A stretch of 64,000 nt of DNA, taken from contig OY970303.1 of NCBI GenBank assembly GCA_963716255.1, forward strand, positions 3,488,001 through 3,552,000. The letters run 5' to 3'. A program made the translations under genes and the position numbers. This document shows positions 1 to 10,253 of this stretch, piece by piece. How positions within the stretch are numbered: the first letter of the stretch is position 1; each line of letters opens with the position of its first letter. The notes beneath the pieces were generated by a model. The model searched no databases, was not told the DNA's origin, and saw only the letters and a list, made by a program, of their open reading frames with translations. This stretch comes from an uncultured Gemmatimonadales bacterium (GTDB taxonomy: Bacteria > Gemmatimonadota > Gemmatimonadetes > Longimicrobiales > Longimicrobiaceae).

Positions 1-1814
1 GACAGCTTCTCGCCGGTGCGCGTCAGGCTGAAGAGCCCGTTGCGGCGCTTCACCAGCCCGGCCAGCTCCAGCAGGATTCGCGTGATGTGAAGCGGCTCGA
101 CGTCCTCCTCGTTCGCGGTCCCGGGCACCGGCAGGTCCCATCGTGACTTCGGTGACTTCATCCGCTCCCGGAAACGAGATACGAATACGCGTGGCAGGTT
201 CCCCTTGGGCGTCGCCTTCACCTGTCCTTCGGCGGCGAGTATCTCCAGGAAGAGCCGCGCGTTGTACAGCGTGCGAGAGGATGCCAGTTCGTCGACTGTC
301 AGCGTGGCGTCGAGCCGCACGGCGCTTTCCGCCCCCTGCCAGTCCGCGTCCAGCAGCCACTGCACGTCGCCGGGGGAGAGTCCGCCCATCCCTGGATCGA
401 AGGGCGGCAGCATGTCGAACCCGGCCGAGCGGAGCGCGGCGGTCAGTTCCTCGATGTCGGCGTCGGGATTGCCGGCGAGAAACTGCTCCACGAACGCCTC
501 CGCCTGCCGGAGCATCGCCTCCGCCTCGTGGCGGAGCGACGCCGTGCCTCCCTCGCTCTCCACTTGGTTGCGCGGTCCGGGTCCGAGGCTTTGGCCTGGA
601 GCCGGTGCCCAGCCGCCGTCGTTCGCGCGCGGGCGTGTGAGGGCGAGCCGGAAGCGGATCTCTTCGATGTCCACCGTTTCGGGATCGAAGTCTTCGCCGA
701 TCCAGTCCAGCATGTCGTCGTGCTCGGGAGCGGAGGTGTCGGCGAGCACCTCCAGCAGGCGCGCGTAGCCGAGGGGGCCTCCGGAGTCCTCCGGGGGGCC
801 CGCGCGCTCCCCGGCCAGGTAGACGGGGTACTCGCGCCCCGGCTCGGCCGCGAGCACTTCCTCCACCTGGACGCGATGCTCCCAGCCGTCGCCGAAGTCG
901 TACTCGTACAGGAGAACGCCGCCGGGACCGGTCAGCTGGTCGAGCCGCGCTGTCCGGGCGTTGCGCGTCCCGCGCCCCCGGTCCTCCTTGGAAGGCTCGG
1001 CGTACTCCACGCCTTTGAACTCGAACCGCCAGAGGTGGTAGTCCTCCCACCCCATCGAAGCCTGGATCACGCGGTGCAGGCCGACGAGGGTGGTGTCTTC
1101 CGGGACCAGCACGCGCCGCCAGATCGCCGGCCGCACGTCTGACAGGGTGATCTTGATCTGGTAGACGCGGCCGCCGGGTCCGCCCCCATCGCCGACGGGT
1201 GCCGGCCTGCTGCCACTGCCCCGGCGCGTCTGCCGTGCTCCGACCTGCTGCCGCTCGCCGGCTCCGGGCTCCTGCTTCCGCTCTGACCCCGCGCTCCCGG
1301 GAGCTCCGTCGGCGGGGATGAACGGGATGAGGCCGGCGTCGAAGGCAGCCTCCTGGACCTCCCGCGGCGCATGGCGCACGTCCATCGGCAGGCCGTTCAC
1401 CTGGAGCAGCCACACGAGCGGGTTGTCCGCCAGCTTGCCGGGCAGCGTCCATTCCGGGTCGAACCGCCGGAGATCCAGGGCGTCCCGGATCTTGCGAAAC
1501 TGGGCGGCGATGGTGCTTTCGCCGACCCCGCATTTCTTCGCCAGGTCCGCGGTGCTCATGTGCGGGTCCTGGGCCGGGTCGGACAGGAAGTTGACCCACC
1601 CCACCGCGTACACGATCGCCGCGGCCCACGTCCGCGGCTGCCCGCTCCCGAGCGGCGAGGGGCGTTTGCGCGCGAGGGCGGCGGCCATGCGCCTGGCGAG
1701 ATCCGCGTACTCGTCGTTCAGGTGCGCGACCGCGACGGCGTCGGTACGCTGGACGACCTGCTCGAAGCGGGCGCGCAGGCGTTCGGGAACGCGATAGGGA
1801 TCCTGGGCCGGCAC
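1..1814 (-). CDS. Multidomain protein (DUF6398-like N-terminus + plasmid pRiA4b ORF-3-like domain + C-terminal unknown domain); 3' end runs off the window
   Basis: Not in the ORF track because it has no stop in the window. Read manually from GTG 1814 after GGAGG: ...LARKRPSPLGSGQPRTWAAAIVYAVGWVNFLSDP..., then VYQIKITLSDVRPAIWRRVLVP...LHRVIQASMGWEDYHLWRF and YDFGDGWEH...PPEDSGG, all in one frame. Confidence 0.75.
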   Translation of the reverse strand, partial: MPAQDPYRVPERLRARFEQVVQRTDAVAVAHLNDEYADLARRMAAALARKRPSPLGSGQPRTWAAAIVYAVGWVNFLSDPAQDPHMSTADLAKKCGVGESTIAAQFRKIRDALDLRRFDPEWTLPGKLADNPLVWLLQVNGLPMDVRHAPREVQEAAFDAGLIPFIPADGAPGSAGSERKQEPGAGERQQVGARQTRRGSGSRPAPVGDGGGPGGRVYQIKITLSDVRPAIWRRVLVPEDTTLVGLHRVIQASMGWEDYHLWRFEFKGVEYAEPSKEDRGRGTRNARTARLDQLTGPGGVLLYEYDFGDGWEHRVQVEEVLAAEPGREYPVYLAGERAGPPEDSGGPLGYARLLEVLADTSAPEHDDMLDWIGEDFDPETVDIEEIRFRLALTRPRANDGGWAPAPGQSLGPGPRNQVESEGGTASLRHEAEAMLRQAEAFVEQFLAGNPDADIEELTAALRSAGFDMLPPFDPGMGGLSPGDVQWLLDADWQGAESAVRLDATLTVDELASSRTLYNARLFLEILAAEGQVKATPKGNLPRVFVSRFRERMKSPKSRWDLPVPGTANEEDVEPLHITRILLELAGLVKRRNGLFSLTRTGEKL

Positions 1815-2038
1815 GGACACCTCCGTTGGCGGTGGACGAGTTTGCGAACGGGTCCTCCCGGGATGCGGCCACCCGCCCACGGGAAGGTGCCGCCCTCGCG
1901 GGCGAAGCTAGGTGGACGCGGCGCAGAAACAAGCATGAGTCCCTTATGCGACACGTGCGCACCCCTTGCCGCAGGTACGCGCCGAGTGCAATCCTTCATC
2001 CACGATCCAGTCCTCGCGCACCCTTCTCACAGACGCCC

Positions 2039-4129
2039 ATGCGTGTGTCACTCCCGGCGGCGTTTCGCCGCGTACTGCCCGCTGTCCTTGTGCTCGCCTT
2101 CTTCCCCGCGGCTGCGGCCGCCCAGCAGGGTCCTGCCGCTCCCGGCTCCGTGCTGCTCCCTCCGCTACGCGTGATCGATCCGGACTATCTGGACCGCACC
2201 GCGAACGCATGCACCAACTTCTACCAGTTCGCCAACGGCGGCTGGCTGAAGCGCGACACCATACCGGCCGCGTACTCTTCGTCCGGGGTCTCACGCGACA
2301 TGAGCGACCGCAACGAGTTGGTCGTGCGGGCGGTGCTGGACGACGCGCGGGAGCGCCGCGCCTCGCTGCGCGAGGGGAGCACCGAGCGCAAGCTGGGGGC
2401 CTTCTACGGCACCTGCATGGACTCCACGGCGGCCGAGAGCGCGGGCGTGTCGCCGATCCGTCCCATGCTGGCGGAGATCGACTCCATCGACTCCCGCGCC
2501 AGGCTGATCGCGGCCATCGCGGCGCTGCAGGGCTCCGGCACGAACGCCGCGTTCGCGTACCGGGCGGAGGTGGACGCGCACGACGCCACCCGCTATCTGG
2601 CGTCGCTCCACCAGGGGGGGCTCGGTCTTCCGGACCGCGACTACTACACCAACACCGGCGCATCGGCGGACTCCATCCGCAGCGCCTACGTCGCGCACGT
2701 GGCGCGCCTCTTCACGCTGGGCGGCGCCACCCCGGCCGTGGCTCGGGCCGACGCCCGCCGCGTGATGGCCCTGGAGACGGAGCTCGCCCGCGTCTCGCTC
2801 ACCCGCCTGCAGCGGCGCGACCCCGCGGCCACCGACCATCCCATGTCCGTGGTCCAGCTGCGCACCCTCGCGCCCGGGGTGGACTGGCCGGCATACTTCC
2901 GCGCCATCGGCCTCACCGTTCCCGTGGAGCGTGTCAACGTGGCCGAGCCGGAGTTCTTCCGCCGCCTGGGCACGCTCGTGGCGGGCACCCCGCTCGCCGA
3001 CTGGCGCGCATACCTCCGCTTCCACGTGCTCGCGGAAGCGGCGCCCTGGCTCAGCACCCCCTTCGTCCAGGAGGATTTCGCCTTCCACTCGCGCTTCAGC
3101 GGCGCAAGGGAGCTGCTTCCCCGCTGGAAGCGCTGTCTCCGCGCGACCGATGGGATGATCGGCGAGGCGCTGGGACAGGCCTACGTGGCGAAGACGTTTT
3201 CCCCTGAAGCGCGCGACCGGGCCCGCGGGGTGATCGACGACATCCGCGCCAGCTTCGGCGACCGGCTGAGGCACCTGGACTGGATGTCGGACTCGACGCG
3301 TGCGCAGGCGCTCGCCAAGCTCGGCCAGATGGGCCAGAAGGTCGGGTACCCGGAACGGTGGCGTGACTACTCGCGCCTCCAGGTGGCGGAAGGCCCCTTC
3401 GTGCTCAACTTCCAGCGCGCCAGCGCCTTCGACTGGCAGCGGGTGGTGAACCGTCCCGGGAGCCCGGTCGACAAGACTGAGTGGGACATGACGGTGCCGA
3501 CGGTGAACGCGTACTACGACGCGACCAAGAACGAGATGGTCTTTCCTGCCGGCGCTCTCGCGCCGCAGACCTTCGACCCGGCCGCGGACGATGCGGCAAA
3601 CTACGGGTCGCTGGGGGCGAGCTGGGCCGGGCACGAGCTCACCCACGGCTTCGATGACGAGGGCCGCCACTTCGACGCGCAGGGGAACCTGCGCGACTGG
3701 TGGACGCCGGCCGACTCCGTGTACTTTTCCAGGCAGGCGGCGATCGTCGCCGAGCAGTTCGACGCGTACCTGCAGGTGGACACCCTGCACGTGAACGGCA
3801 GGCTGACGCTGGGCGAGAACATCGCCGACTTCGGCGGGCTGCTCGTCGCCTACGACGCGCTCCAGCGGGCCCTGCAGCGGAACGGCAGGCCCGGACCCAT
3901 CGACGGGTTCACGCCCGAGCAGCGGTTCTTTCTGTCGTACGCGCAGGCGTGGCGAAGCAATGCGCGGCCCGAGTCGCTCCGCAACCGCGTGACCGTGGAC
4001 CCACACGCCCCCGAGGTGTGGCGGGTGAACGGGCCGCTCTCCAACATGCCGCAGTTCGCGCAGGCGTTCGAGTGCAAGCCGGGTGACCCGATGGTGCGCC
4101 CCGCGGAGAAGGTGCCGCAGATCTGGTAG
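2039..4129 (+). CDS. M13 family (neprilysin/PepO-like) secreted metalloendopeptidase
   Basis: Signal peptide, C.NFYQFANGGW, VNAYY, HELTH zinc motif, GENIAD; start moved to ATG 2039. Confidence 0.93.
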   Translation: MRVSLPAAFRRVLPAVLVLAFFPAAAAAQQGPAAPGSVLLPPLRVIDPDYLDRTANACTNFYQFANGGWLKRDTIPAAYSSSGVSRDMSDRNELVVRAVLDDARERRASLREGSTERKLGAFYGTCMDSTAAESAGVSPIRPMLAEIDSIDSRARLIAAIAALQGSGTNAAFAYRAEVDAHDATRYLASLHQGGLGLPDRDYYTNTGASADSIRSAYVAHVARLFTLGGATPAVARADARRVMALETELARVSLTRLQRRDPAATDHPMSVVQLRTLAPGVDWPAYFRAIGLTVPVERVNVAEPEFFRRLGTLVAGTPLADWRAYLRFHVLAEAAPWLSTPFVQEDFAFHSRFSGARELLPRWKRCLRATDGMIGEALGQAYVAKTFSPEARDRARGVIDDIRASFGDRLRHLDWMSDSTRAQALAKLGQMGQKVGYPERWRDYSRLQVAEGPFVLNFQRASAFDWQRVVNRPGSPVDKTEWDMTVPTVNAYYDATKNEMVFPAGALAPQTFDPAADDAANYGSLGASWAGHELTHGFDDEGRHFDAQGNLRDWWTPADSVYFSRQAAIVAEQFDAYLQVDTLHVNGRLTLGENIADFGGLLVAYDALQRALQRNGRPGPIDGFTPEQRFFLSYAQAWRSNARPESLRNRVTVDPHAPEVWRVNGPLSNMPQFAQAFECKPGDPMVRPAEKVPQIW

Positions 4130-4214
4130 CATGCAGTGAGGGAGACAGGAAGGCATATCGGCGCTCTGCCTCGCGGCAGGGCGTCGATTTTCTTGTCTGG
4201 GAACGCGGCCGGAC

Positions 4215-4535
4215 GTGCGGCTGGGAGACGGCTACGACGTGCCGGTTCCGTGGCTCACCTCGCTGGACCAGCCGGTGAGCGTGCTCCAGCTCACCGGCGC
4301 CCTCGTGGGGCGCGACGGCCCCGCGGTGCGCATCGGGGCCAAGGGGCTCGTCGTACGGCGCACCCACCTGCTGGTCAGCTCGATGGGCGCGCAGGCGCTG
4401 ATCCGGGACGAGGACGTGGAGAGCCTGCGGACCCGGCGGCGCGACGACCTCCCCGGACGGCCGCTGGTGTGGCAGGCGGCGCTCCGCAGCCTGGTGGCGG
4501 AGCTCACGGACGACGGTCGGCTCGCGGTGCGCTGA
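4215..4535 (+). CDS. Hypothetical protein
   Basis: 106-aa ORF with GC3-biased codons, followed by a strong hairpin; start uncertain. Confidence 0.5.
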   Translation: MRLGDGYDVPVPWLTSLDQPVSVLQLTGALVGRDGPAVRIGAKGLVVRRTHLLVSSMGAQALIRDEDVESLRTRRRDDLPGRPLVWQAALRSLVAELTDDGRLAVR

Positions 4536-4562
4536 GCGGGGAGCCGCGGGGACGGAATGCAG

Positions 4563-4595
4563 ACGAGACCGGCGGCCGATGGCCGCCGGTCTCGT
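4563..4595. terminator. Hairpin between convergent genes (probable bidirectional terminator)
   Basis: ACGAGACCGGCGGCC-GAT-GGCCGCCGGTCTCGT, perfect 15-bp stem. Confidence 0.65.
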
Positions 4596-4638
4596 GCTTC
4601 GAGGGCGCGTCGCGGCCGAACGGGCCGCGGACCGCCTC

Positions 4639-6126
<1,488 letters not shown>

Positions 6127-6160
6127 GTTGGGCTCCTTGGATGTGCGGTGGAAACGGGCT

Positions 6161-7132
6161 TCAGAACGTCTGTCTGGCGGCGCCGGAGCGCCGGCCGGAC
6201 GCGGCGAACAGCACGGGACCGGTGGCGTCGGGGTCGGCGGGGAGGGGATGGTGGCGGAACGCCCAGAAGCCGGCGTCCTCGAACCACTTCCCCACCTGCT
6301 CGCGCGGGAACCCCTGCCACAGGTGCCCCATCTGGTGCCGGAACTCCTCGCGGTCGTGGGGCATCATGTCGACCACCAGGAGCCGCCCGCCGGGACGGAG
6401 GGCGCGGGCGGCCTCCCTGACCGCCGTGGCCGGCTCGGCCAGGTACGGGAAGACCAGGAAGAGGATGGCGGCGTCCAGCTCGCCGTCGTCCAGCGGGAGG
6501 CTCTCCACCGCGCCGCGGCGGACCTCCACGTTTTCGGTCCCTTCCAGGCGCTTGCGCGCGGCGGCCAGCATGGCCACCGATTCGTCCACGGCCACGACGC
6601 GGCGGACGAAGGGGGCGAGCGACTCGGACATCTGCCCGGTGCCGCACCCCAGGTCGCCCACCGTCCAGTCAGGGTCCACCAGCGCGAGAAGCGCCAGCAG
6701 GTCCATGCGGCGCCCGAAAAGCTCGGCGCGCAGGCGGTCCCACTCGCCGGCGGCGCTGGAAAAGAACTCCTGGGAGCGGGTGCGGCGCCGGGCGAGCACG
6801 CCCTGCACGCGCTGCGCGTCCTGCTCCGCGAAGGCCGTGGCGGACACCTGCTCGCGCACCAGGTTCCAGAGCCGGCGGGCCGGTGCGTCCAGGCGGTCGG
6901 GGAGCATCCGGTAGCGGCGGCTGGTCCCGTCCGCGTGCGACACGACCCAGCCCTCGTCGGCGAGCACCTTGAGGTGCCGGCTGACGGTGGACTGGGGAAG
7001 CTGGAGGACGGCGCACAGCTCGGACACCGTGAGCTCGTGCTCCTCCAGGATCAGGAGGAGCCGGCTCCGCGTGGTGTCGGACAGCGCCGACATGCGGTCG
7101 AAGATGGTGGGCAGGCTGGTCGTCATTATCAT
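6161..7132 (-). CDS. sahR: ArsR-family HTH + SAM-dependent methyltransferase-domain regulator (SahR-like)
   Basis: N-terminal ArsR HTH ([25 protein letters not shown]), C-terminal DLGCGTG; directly upstream of ahcY. Confidence 0.85.
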   Translation of the reverse strand: MIMTTSLPTIFDRMSALSDTTRSRLLLILEEHELTVSELCAVLQLPQSTVSRHLKVLADEGWVVSHADGTSRRYRMLPDRLDAPARRLWNLVREQVSATAFAEQDAQRVQGVLARRRTRSQEFFSSAAGEWDRLRAELFGRRMDLLALLALVDPDWTVGDLGCGTGQMSESLAPFVRRVVAVDESVAMLAAARKRLEGTENVEVRRGAVESLPLDDGELDAAILFLVFPYLAEPATAVREAARALRPGGRLLVVDMMPHDREEFRHQMGHLWQGFPREQVGKWFEDAGFWAFRHHPLPADPDATGPVLFAASGRRSGAARQTF

Positions 7133-7149
7133 CCGTTGATCCGGATTGA

Positions 7150-7178
7150 ATGATATACACGCTCCAGGTGGCTGTCAA
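7150..7178 (-). promoter_or_regulatory. Sigma70-type promoter of the sahR-ahcY operon
   Basis: Minus strand TTGACA (7178-7173), 17-nt spacer, TATCAT (7155-7150); inverted repeat ATCCG-N6-CGGAT just downstream. Confidence 0.75.
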
Positions 7179-7286
7179 GCGCCGGGATGCAGGGTTTCGC
7201 TGCTCCGATTCCCGCCTGCAAACGCGGAGCGGCGCGCCTCCCGGGGAGGTGCGCCGCTCCGCGCGGTTGGAGTGCCGGATTCCGAC

Positions 7287-7736
7287 CTACCGCACCACCA
7301 CGCGCTTCTCGACGGTGATGCGCATGCCGCTCTGCGGGGTGTCCGGCCCCACGCGTCGCCCGAGCAGGCGGACCACGGCCTCGCCCGGCGTGGCGAAGCG
7401 GAGGACCACGGTGTGAGGGAGGTAGCGGAGGATGTCCGTGCACGAGGCCGAGCGCGCCGTGTAGTCGTACGGGGTCATGGTGGCGACGCCGCCCTGCACG
7501 TCCACTTCGGTCTCGCCGGCGCGCTCGCACCCGCCGCCCAGCGTGGTGGCCGACACCTGGAAGTCCACGCCCGCGCGTACCGTGTCGGGGGCGACGAGCG
7601 CGGCGGGCGGTTCCGTCTGGTACAGGCGGAGGATGCCGACCCTGCGGTCTTCCGGCTCCTGCTCGCCGGGGGACGCCGCGCAGGCCGCCAGCACCACGGC
7701 GAGGGCTCCGGCGGCTGGGAGACGACGGAGGCTCAT
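7287..7736 (-). CDS. Hypothetical lipoprotein
   Basis: MSLRRLPAAGALAVVLAAC lipobox; GGAG RBS. Confidence 0.75.
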   Translation of the reverse strand: MSLRRLPAAGALAVVLAACAASPGEQEPEDRRVGILRLYQTEPPAALVAPDTVRAGVDFQVSATTLGGGCERAGETEVDVQGGVATMTPYDYTARSASCTDILRYLPHTVVLRFATPGEAVVRLLGRRVGPDTPQSGMRITVEKRVVVR

Positions 7737-7960
7737 GGCGGCTCCTGGTCCGGGGTGGGAAGGGGCGGGGGCACTCCCGCCGTGCCAGGACGATGCCGCT
7801 GCGGCAACGGTCACCGGGTGCGCGGGCCGCTGCCGCGGGACCGGCACGACGAGGCCGCCAAGTTGAAGAGGTGGCGGCGCGCCGTTAGCTTTGCGGTGCT
7901 GCGCGGGCGCCCATCTGCCCCACGACGGCCTCCCTCGATAGCTCCCGGCTGCTCCGGAAC

Positions 7961-8359
7961 ATGGCCATGGATTCGCACTTGCGCCCGACCGCGGGCGCTC
8001 CTCCCGCGCGGTGTGGCCGCGTCGCGGGAAACACGCAGGGGGTCGTCGTGTTCGGCGCCCTGGTGCTGGTGGTGGTCGTGGTGGTCGCGGCGGTGCTGCT
8101 GGGCAAGGTCGTGCGCTACAAGTACCCGGACACCTACCATGCCCGCTTCGAGGAGCGGCAGCTCCGCTACGCGGTGGTGCCGCTGGAGGTCCGCGACGGC
8201 GCGCGGGTCACCGCCCGGCTGGCGCCCCGCGACTCGGTGTGGGTATTCGGCATGGAGAACGGCGACGTGGTGGTGTTCCGCGGCCCCGAGGGAGATGCCG
8301 TGCTGGGCTTTGCGCCGGCGGCGGGGCTGTCGCCGGTGAGGCCCGCGCCCGCGCGGTAA
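7961..8359 (+). CDS. Hypothetical single-TM protein, possible SH3-like C-terminal domain
   Basis: Hydrophobic segment, then VRDGARVTARLAPRDSVWV. Confidence 0.6.
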   Translation: MAMDSHLRPTAGAPPARCGRVAGNTQGVVVFGALVLVVVVVVAAVLLGKVVRYKYPDTYHARFEERQLRYAVVPLEVRDGARVTARLAPRDSVWVFGMENGDVVVFRGPEGDAVLGFAPAAGLSPVRPAPAR

Positions 8360-8384
8360 GGCGCAAGCGGGGTGCGGGAACGGA

Positions 8385-8418
8385 GAAGGGGGCCGGGATC
8401 GAGATCCCGGCCCCCTTC
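8385..8418. terminator. Hairpin between convergent genes
   Basis: GAAGGGGGCCGGGATC-GA-GATCCCGGCCCCCTTC perfect inverted repeat. Confidence 0.7.
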
Positions 8419-8448
8419 CGTCTTTCCGGCCGGCCGCGGAGCCCGCGG

Positions 8449-8793
8449 TCAGCCCAGCCAGCCCTCCGTCCCGCCGCCGGACATCGTGTCCTGGACGGGG
8501 TCGCGCCGGGGCGCGGCCGCTTCGCGCTCGGCGCCGGTCATGGGGTGGACGAGCACGTTGGAGGCGGCCGCGTAGAAGGGCGGCGCGCCCGGCGTGTCCA
8601 GGCGGATCTGGAGGAGCCGGCTTCCGTCGCCCGTCCTGCCGTGGATGGCGGCGACCTCGCCCTTGCCCATGGTGCAGAACACTTCTTCGCCCACCAGCGG
8701 CATGCGGTCGGTGCCGGTGGGCCACCCCGGCCGCTCTTCGCCGTCCACGTGCAGCTTTACGTTGTGCATCCGCTTGGCGGCGTGGAGCTTCAT
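8449..8793 (-). CDS. Hypothetical protein
   Basis: 114-aa ORF, coding-like composition, GAGAG RBS. Confidence 0.65.
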   Translation of the reverse strand: MKLHAAKRMHNVKLHVDGEERPGWPTGTDRMPLVGEEVFCTMGKGEVAAIHGRTGDGSRLLQIRLDTPGAPPFYAAASNVLVHPMTGAEREAAAPRRDPVQDTMSGGGTEGWLG

Positions 8794-8946
8794 GGCATCT
8801 CTCGTGGTCCGGGTACGAAAAACCCGCGGGGCTCGTCGGCGGGACGAACACCGCGGGCGGCCGCGGCCGGGGCCCCATGGCTCCCGGCGCGCGCAGCACC
8901 TCTCCCTACACCCCAGGCAAGAAAGGGTCCATCCCGCACAGCCGGC

Positions 8947-9909
8947 TCACCCGGCCGGCTCCGCGTCCCCGCCGCGCTTTGCCTGGGGTCCGCGCACGTG
9001 CCGCTCCTCCTGCACCACCCGCACCGCCCCCGTCTCCGGCACCACCCCCTCGCCACGGTGCTCCGCCCAGCTCTGTGTGAACTCCGCCCCGAAGAGCACG
9101 ATCATGGACGCGTAGTAGATCCACACCAGCAGGATGGCCAGGGAGCCGGCCGCCCCGAACACCTCGCCGGGGTTGCTCCGCCCTAGGTAGAAGCCGATGG
9201 CGGACTTGCCGATCATGAACAGGAGCCCGGTCACCAGCGCGCCCACCCACACGTCCCGCCAGGCCACCTCGGCGTCGGGGACGATCTTGAACATGGCCGC
9301 GAACAGGAGGGTGATCACCCCGAAGGAGACCACGAAGTTCAGGACATGCAGCAGCACCTCGCCCAGACCCGGGACCATGCGCCCCATCACGCCGCCCACG
9401 GCGGAGATGGCGGCGGTCAGCGCCAGCGACACCAGCAGCAGGAACGCGATGGCGATGACCATCCCGAAGGAGAAGATGCGCTTGACCAGGAAGTTCTTGA
9501 TGCCGCCCAGTGCCGGGTCCGGCTTGACCTCCCACACCTTGTTGAGCGCGCCCTGGAGCTGGCCGAACACGCCGGTGGCGCCCACCAGCAGGGTGGCGAC
9601 GCCCAGGATGGCGGCCACCGGCCTGCCCGCGTCGGGGGTCTTGGTTTCCTGAGCCTTTTCGAGGATGGTGCGGATCTCGTCGCCGCCGGCCTGCCCGAGC
9701 AGGCTCCCGAGCTGCCCGTGCAGCGCCTCGCGCACGTCCTGCGGGTCCATCACCGCCCCCACGATCATCACGACCAGCAGGAGCAGCGGGGGGAGCGCGA
9801 ACACGGTGTAGTACGAGAGCGCCGCCGCCATGGTGGTGCACTCGTCGTTGAAGAAGTCGTTGACGGACTGCTTGAGGAGCTGGAAGATGCTCTTCACCTC
9901 GAATGCCAT
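8947..9909 (-). CDS. YihY/virulence factor BrkB family membrane protein
   Basis: AAALSYYTVFALPPLLL, GAAGSLAILLVWIYY, LFGAEF. Confidence 0.92.
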   Translation of the reverse strand: MAFEVKSIFQLLKQSVNDFFNDECTTMAAALSYYTVFALPPLLLLVVMIVGAVMDPQDVREALHGQLGSLLGQAGGDEIRTILEKAQETKTPDAGRPVAAILGVATLLVGATGVFGQLQGALNKVWEVKPDPALGGIKNFLVKRIFSFGMVIAIAFLLLVSLALTAAISAVGGVMGRMVPGLGEVLLHVLNFVVSFGVITLLFAAMFKIVPDAEVAWRDVWVGALVTGLLFMIGKSAIGFYLGRSNPGEVFGAAGSLAILLVWIYYASMIVLFGAEFTQSWAEHRGEGVVPETGAVRVVQEERHVRGPQAKRGGDAEPAG

Positions 9910-9959
9910 GATCCCCCCTGTTCGCCGCGCTTCCGGTCACGCTCGAGCCGGCGGAGCCT

Positions 9960-9975
9960 TGCAAGCGTGGCGCCA
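9960..9975 (-). promoter_or_regulatory. Sigma54 -24/-12 promoter upstream of the YihY gene
   Basis: Minus strand TGGCGCC-ACGC-TTGCA (GG-N10-GC). Confidence 0.6.
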
Positions 9976-10070
9976 GTGCGGCGGACGGTGGTCGCGCCGG
10001 ACGGAACGGGGACGGTCGAGGAGTGGAGGAAGACGCCGGGCGCGCCGGATTCGAGGTCGGGAAGGCAGTT

Positions 10071-10203
10071 GCGTGAGGGATTCCGGCCCGAAGGGGCGAG
10101 ACCCGGCGGGGCTGTTTCCGCCGGGGCTCGACTCCGTTACGCAGCGTTGTTTGCTGCGTTACGGAGCCGAAGCCCGACCCCGGCGCCAGCCGGGGGCACG
10201 CCC
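10071..10203 (+). repeat. Dispersed ~130-nt multi-stem element, copy A
   Basis: GCGTGAGGGAT...GCCCGAAGGGGCGAGAC...GGCTCGACTCCGT...ACGGAGCCGAAGCCCGACCCC...GGGGGCACGCCC. Confidence 0.9.
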
Positions 10204-10253
10204 GAACCCGCCGTCAGCCGGATCCGGTCTTACGGGCTCGGCTCCCGCACGCG

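Noticed and set aside
143..1797. Plus-strand ORFs at the window start
   Set aside because: Shadows of the minus-strand multidomain gene, which carries recognisable motifs
6127..6160. SAH or SAM riboswitch upstream of ahcY
   Set aside because: The gap is only 34 nt with no recognisable aptamer; a protein regulator is adjacent
10071..10203. The 130-nt element as a classical MITE or tRNA
   Set aside because: Only a 5-bp closing stem, no consistent target-site duplication seen, no cloverleaf, T-loop or CCA
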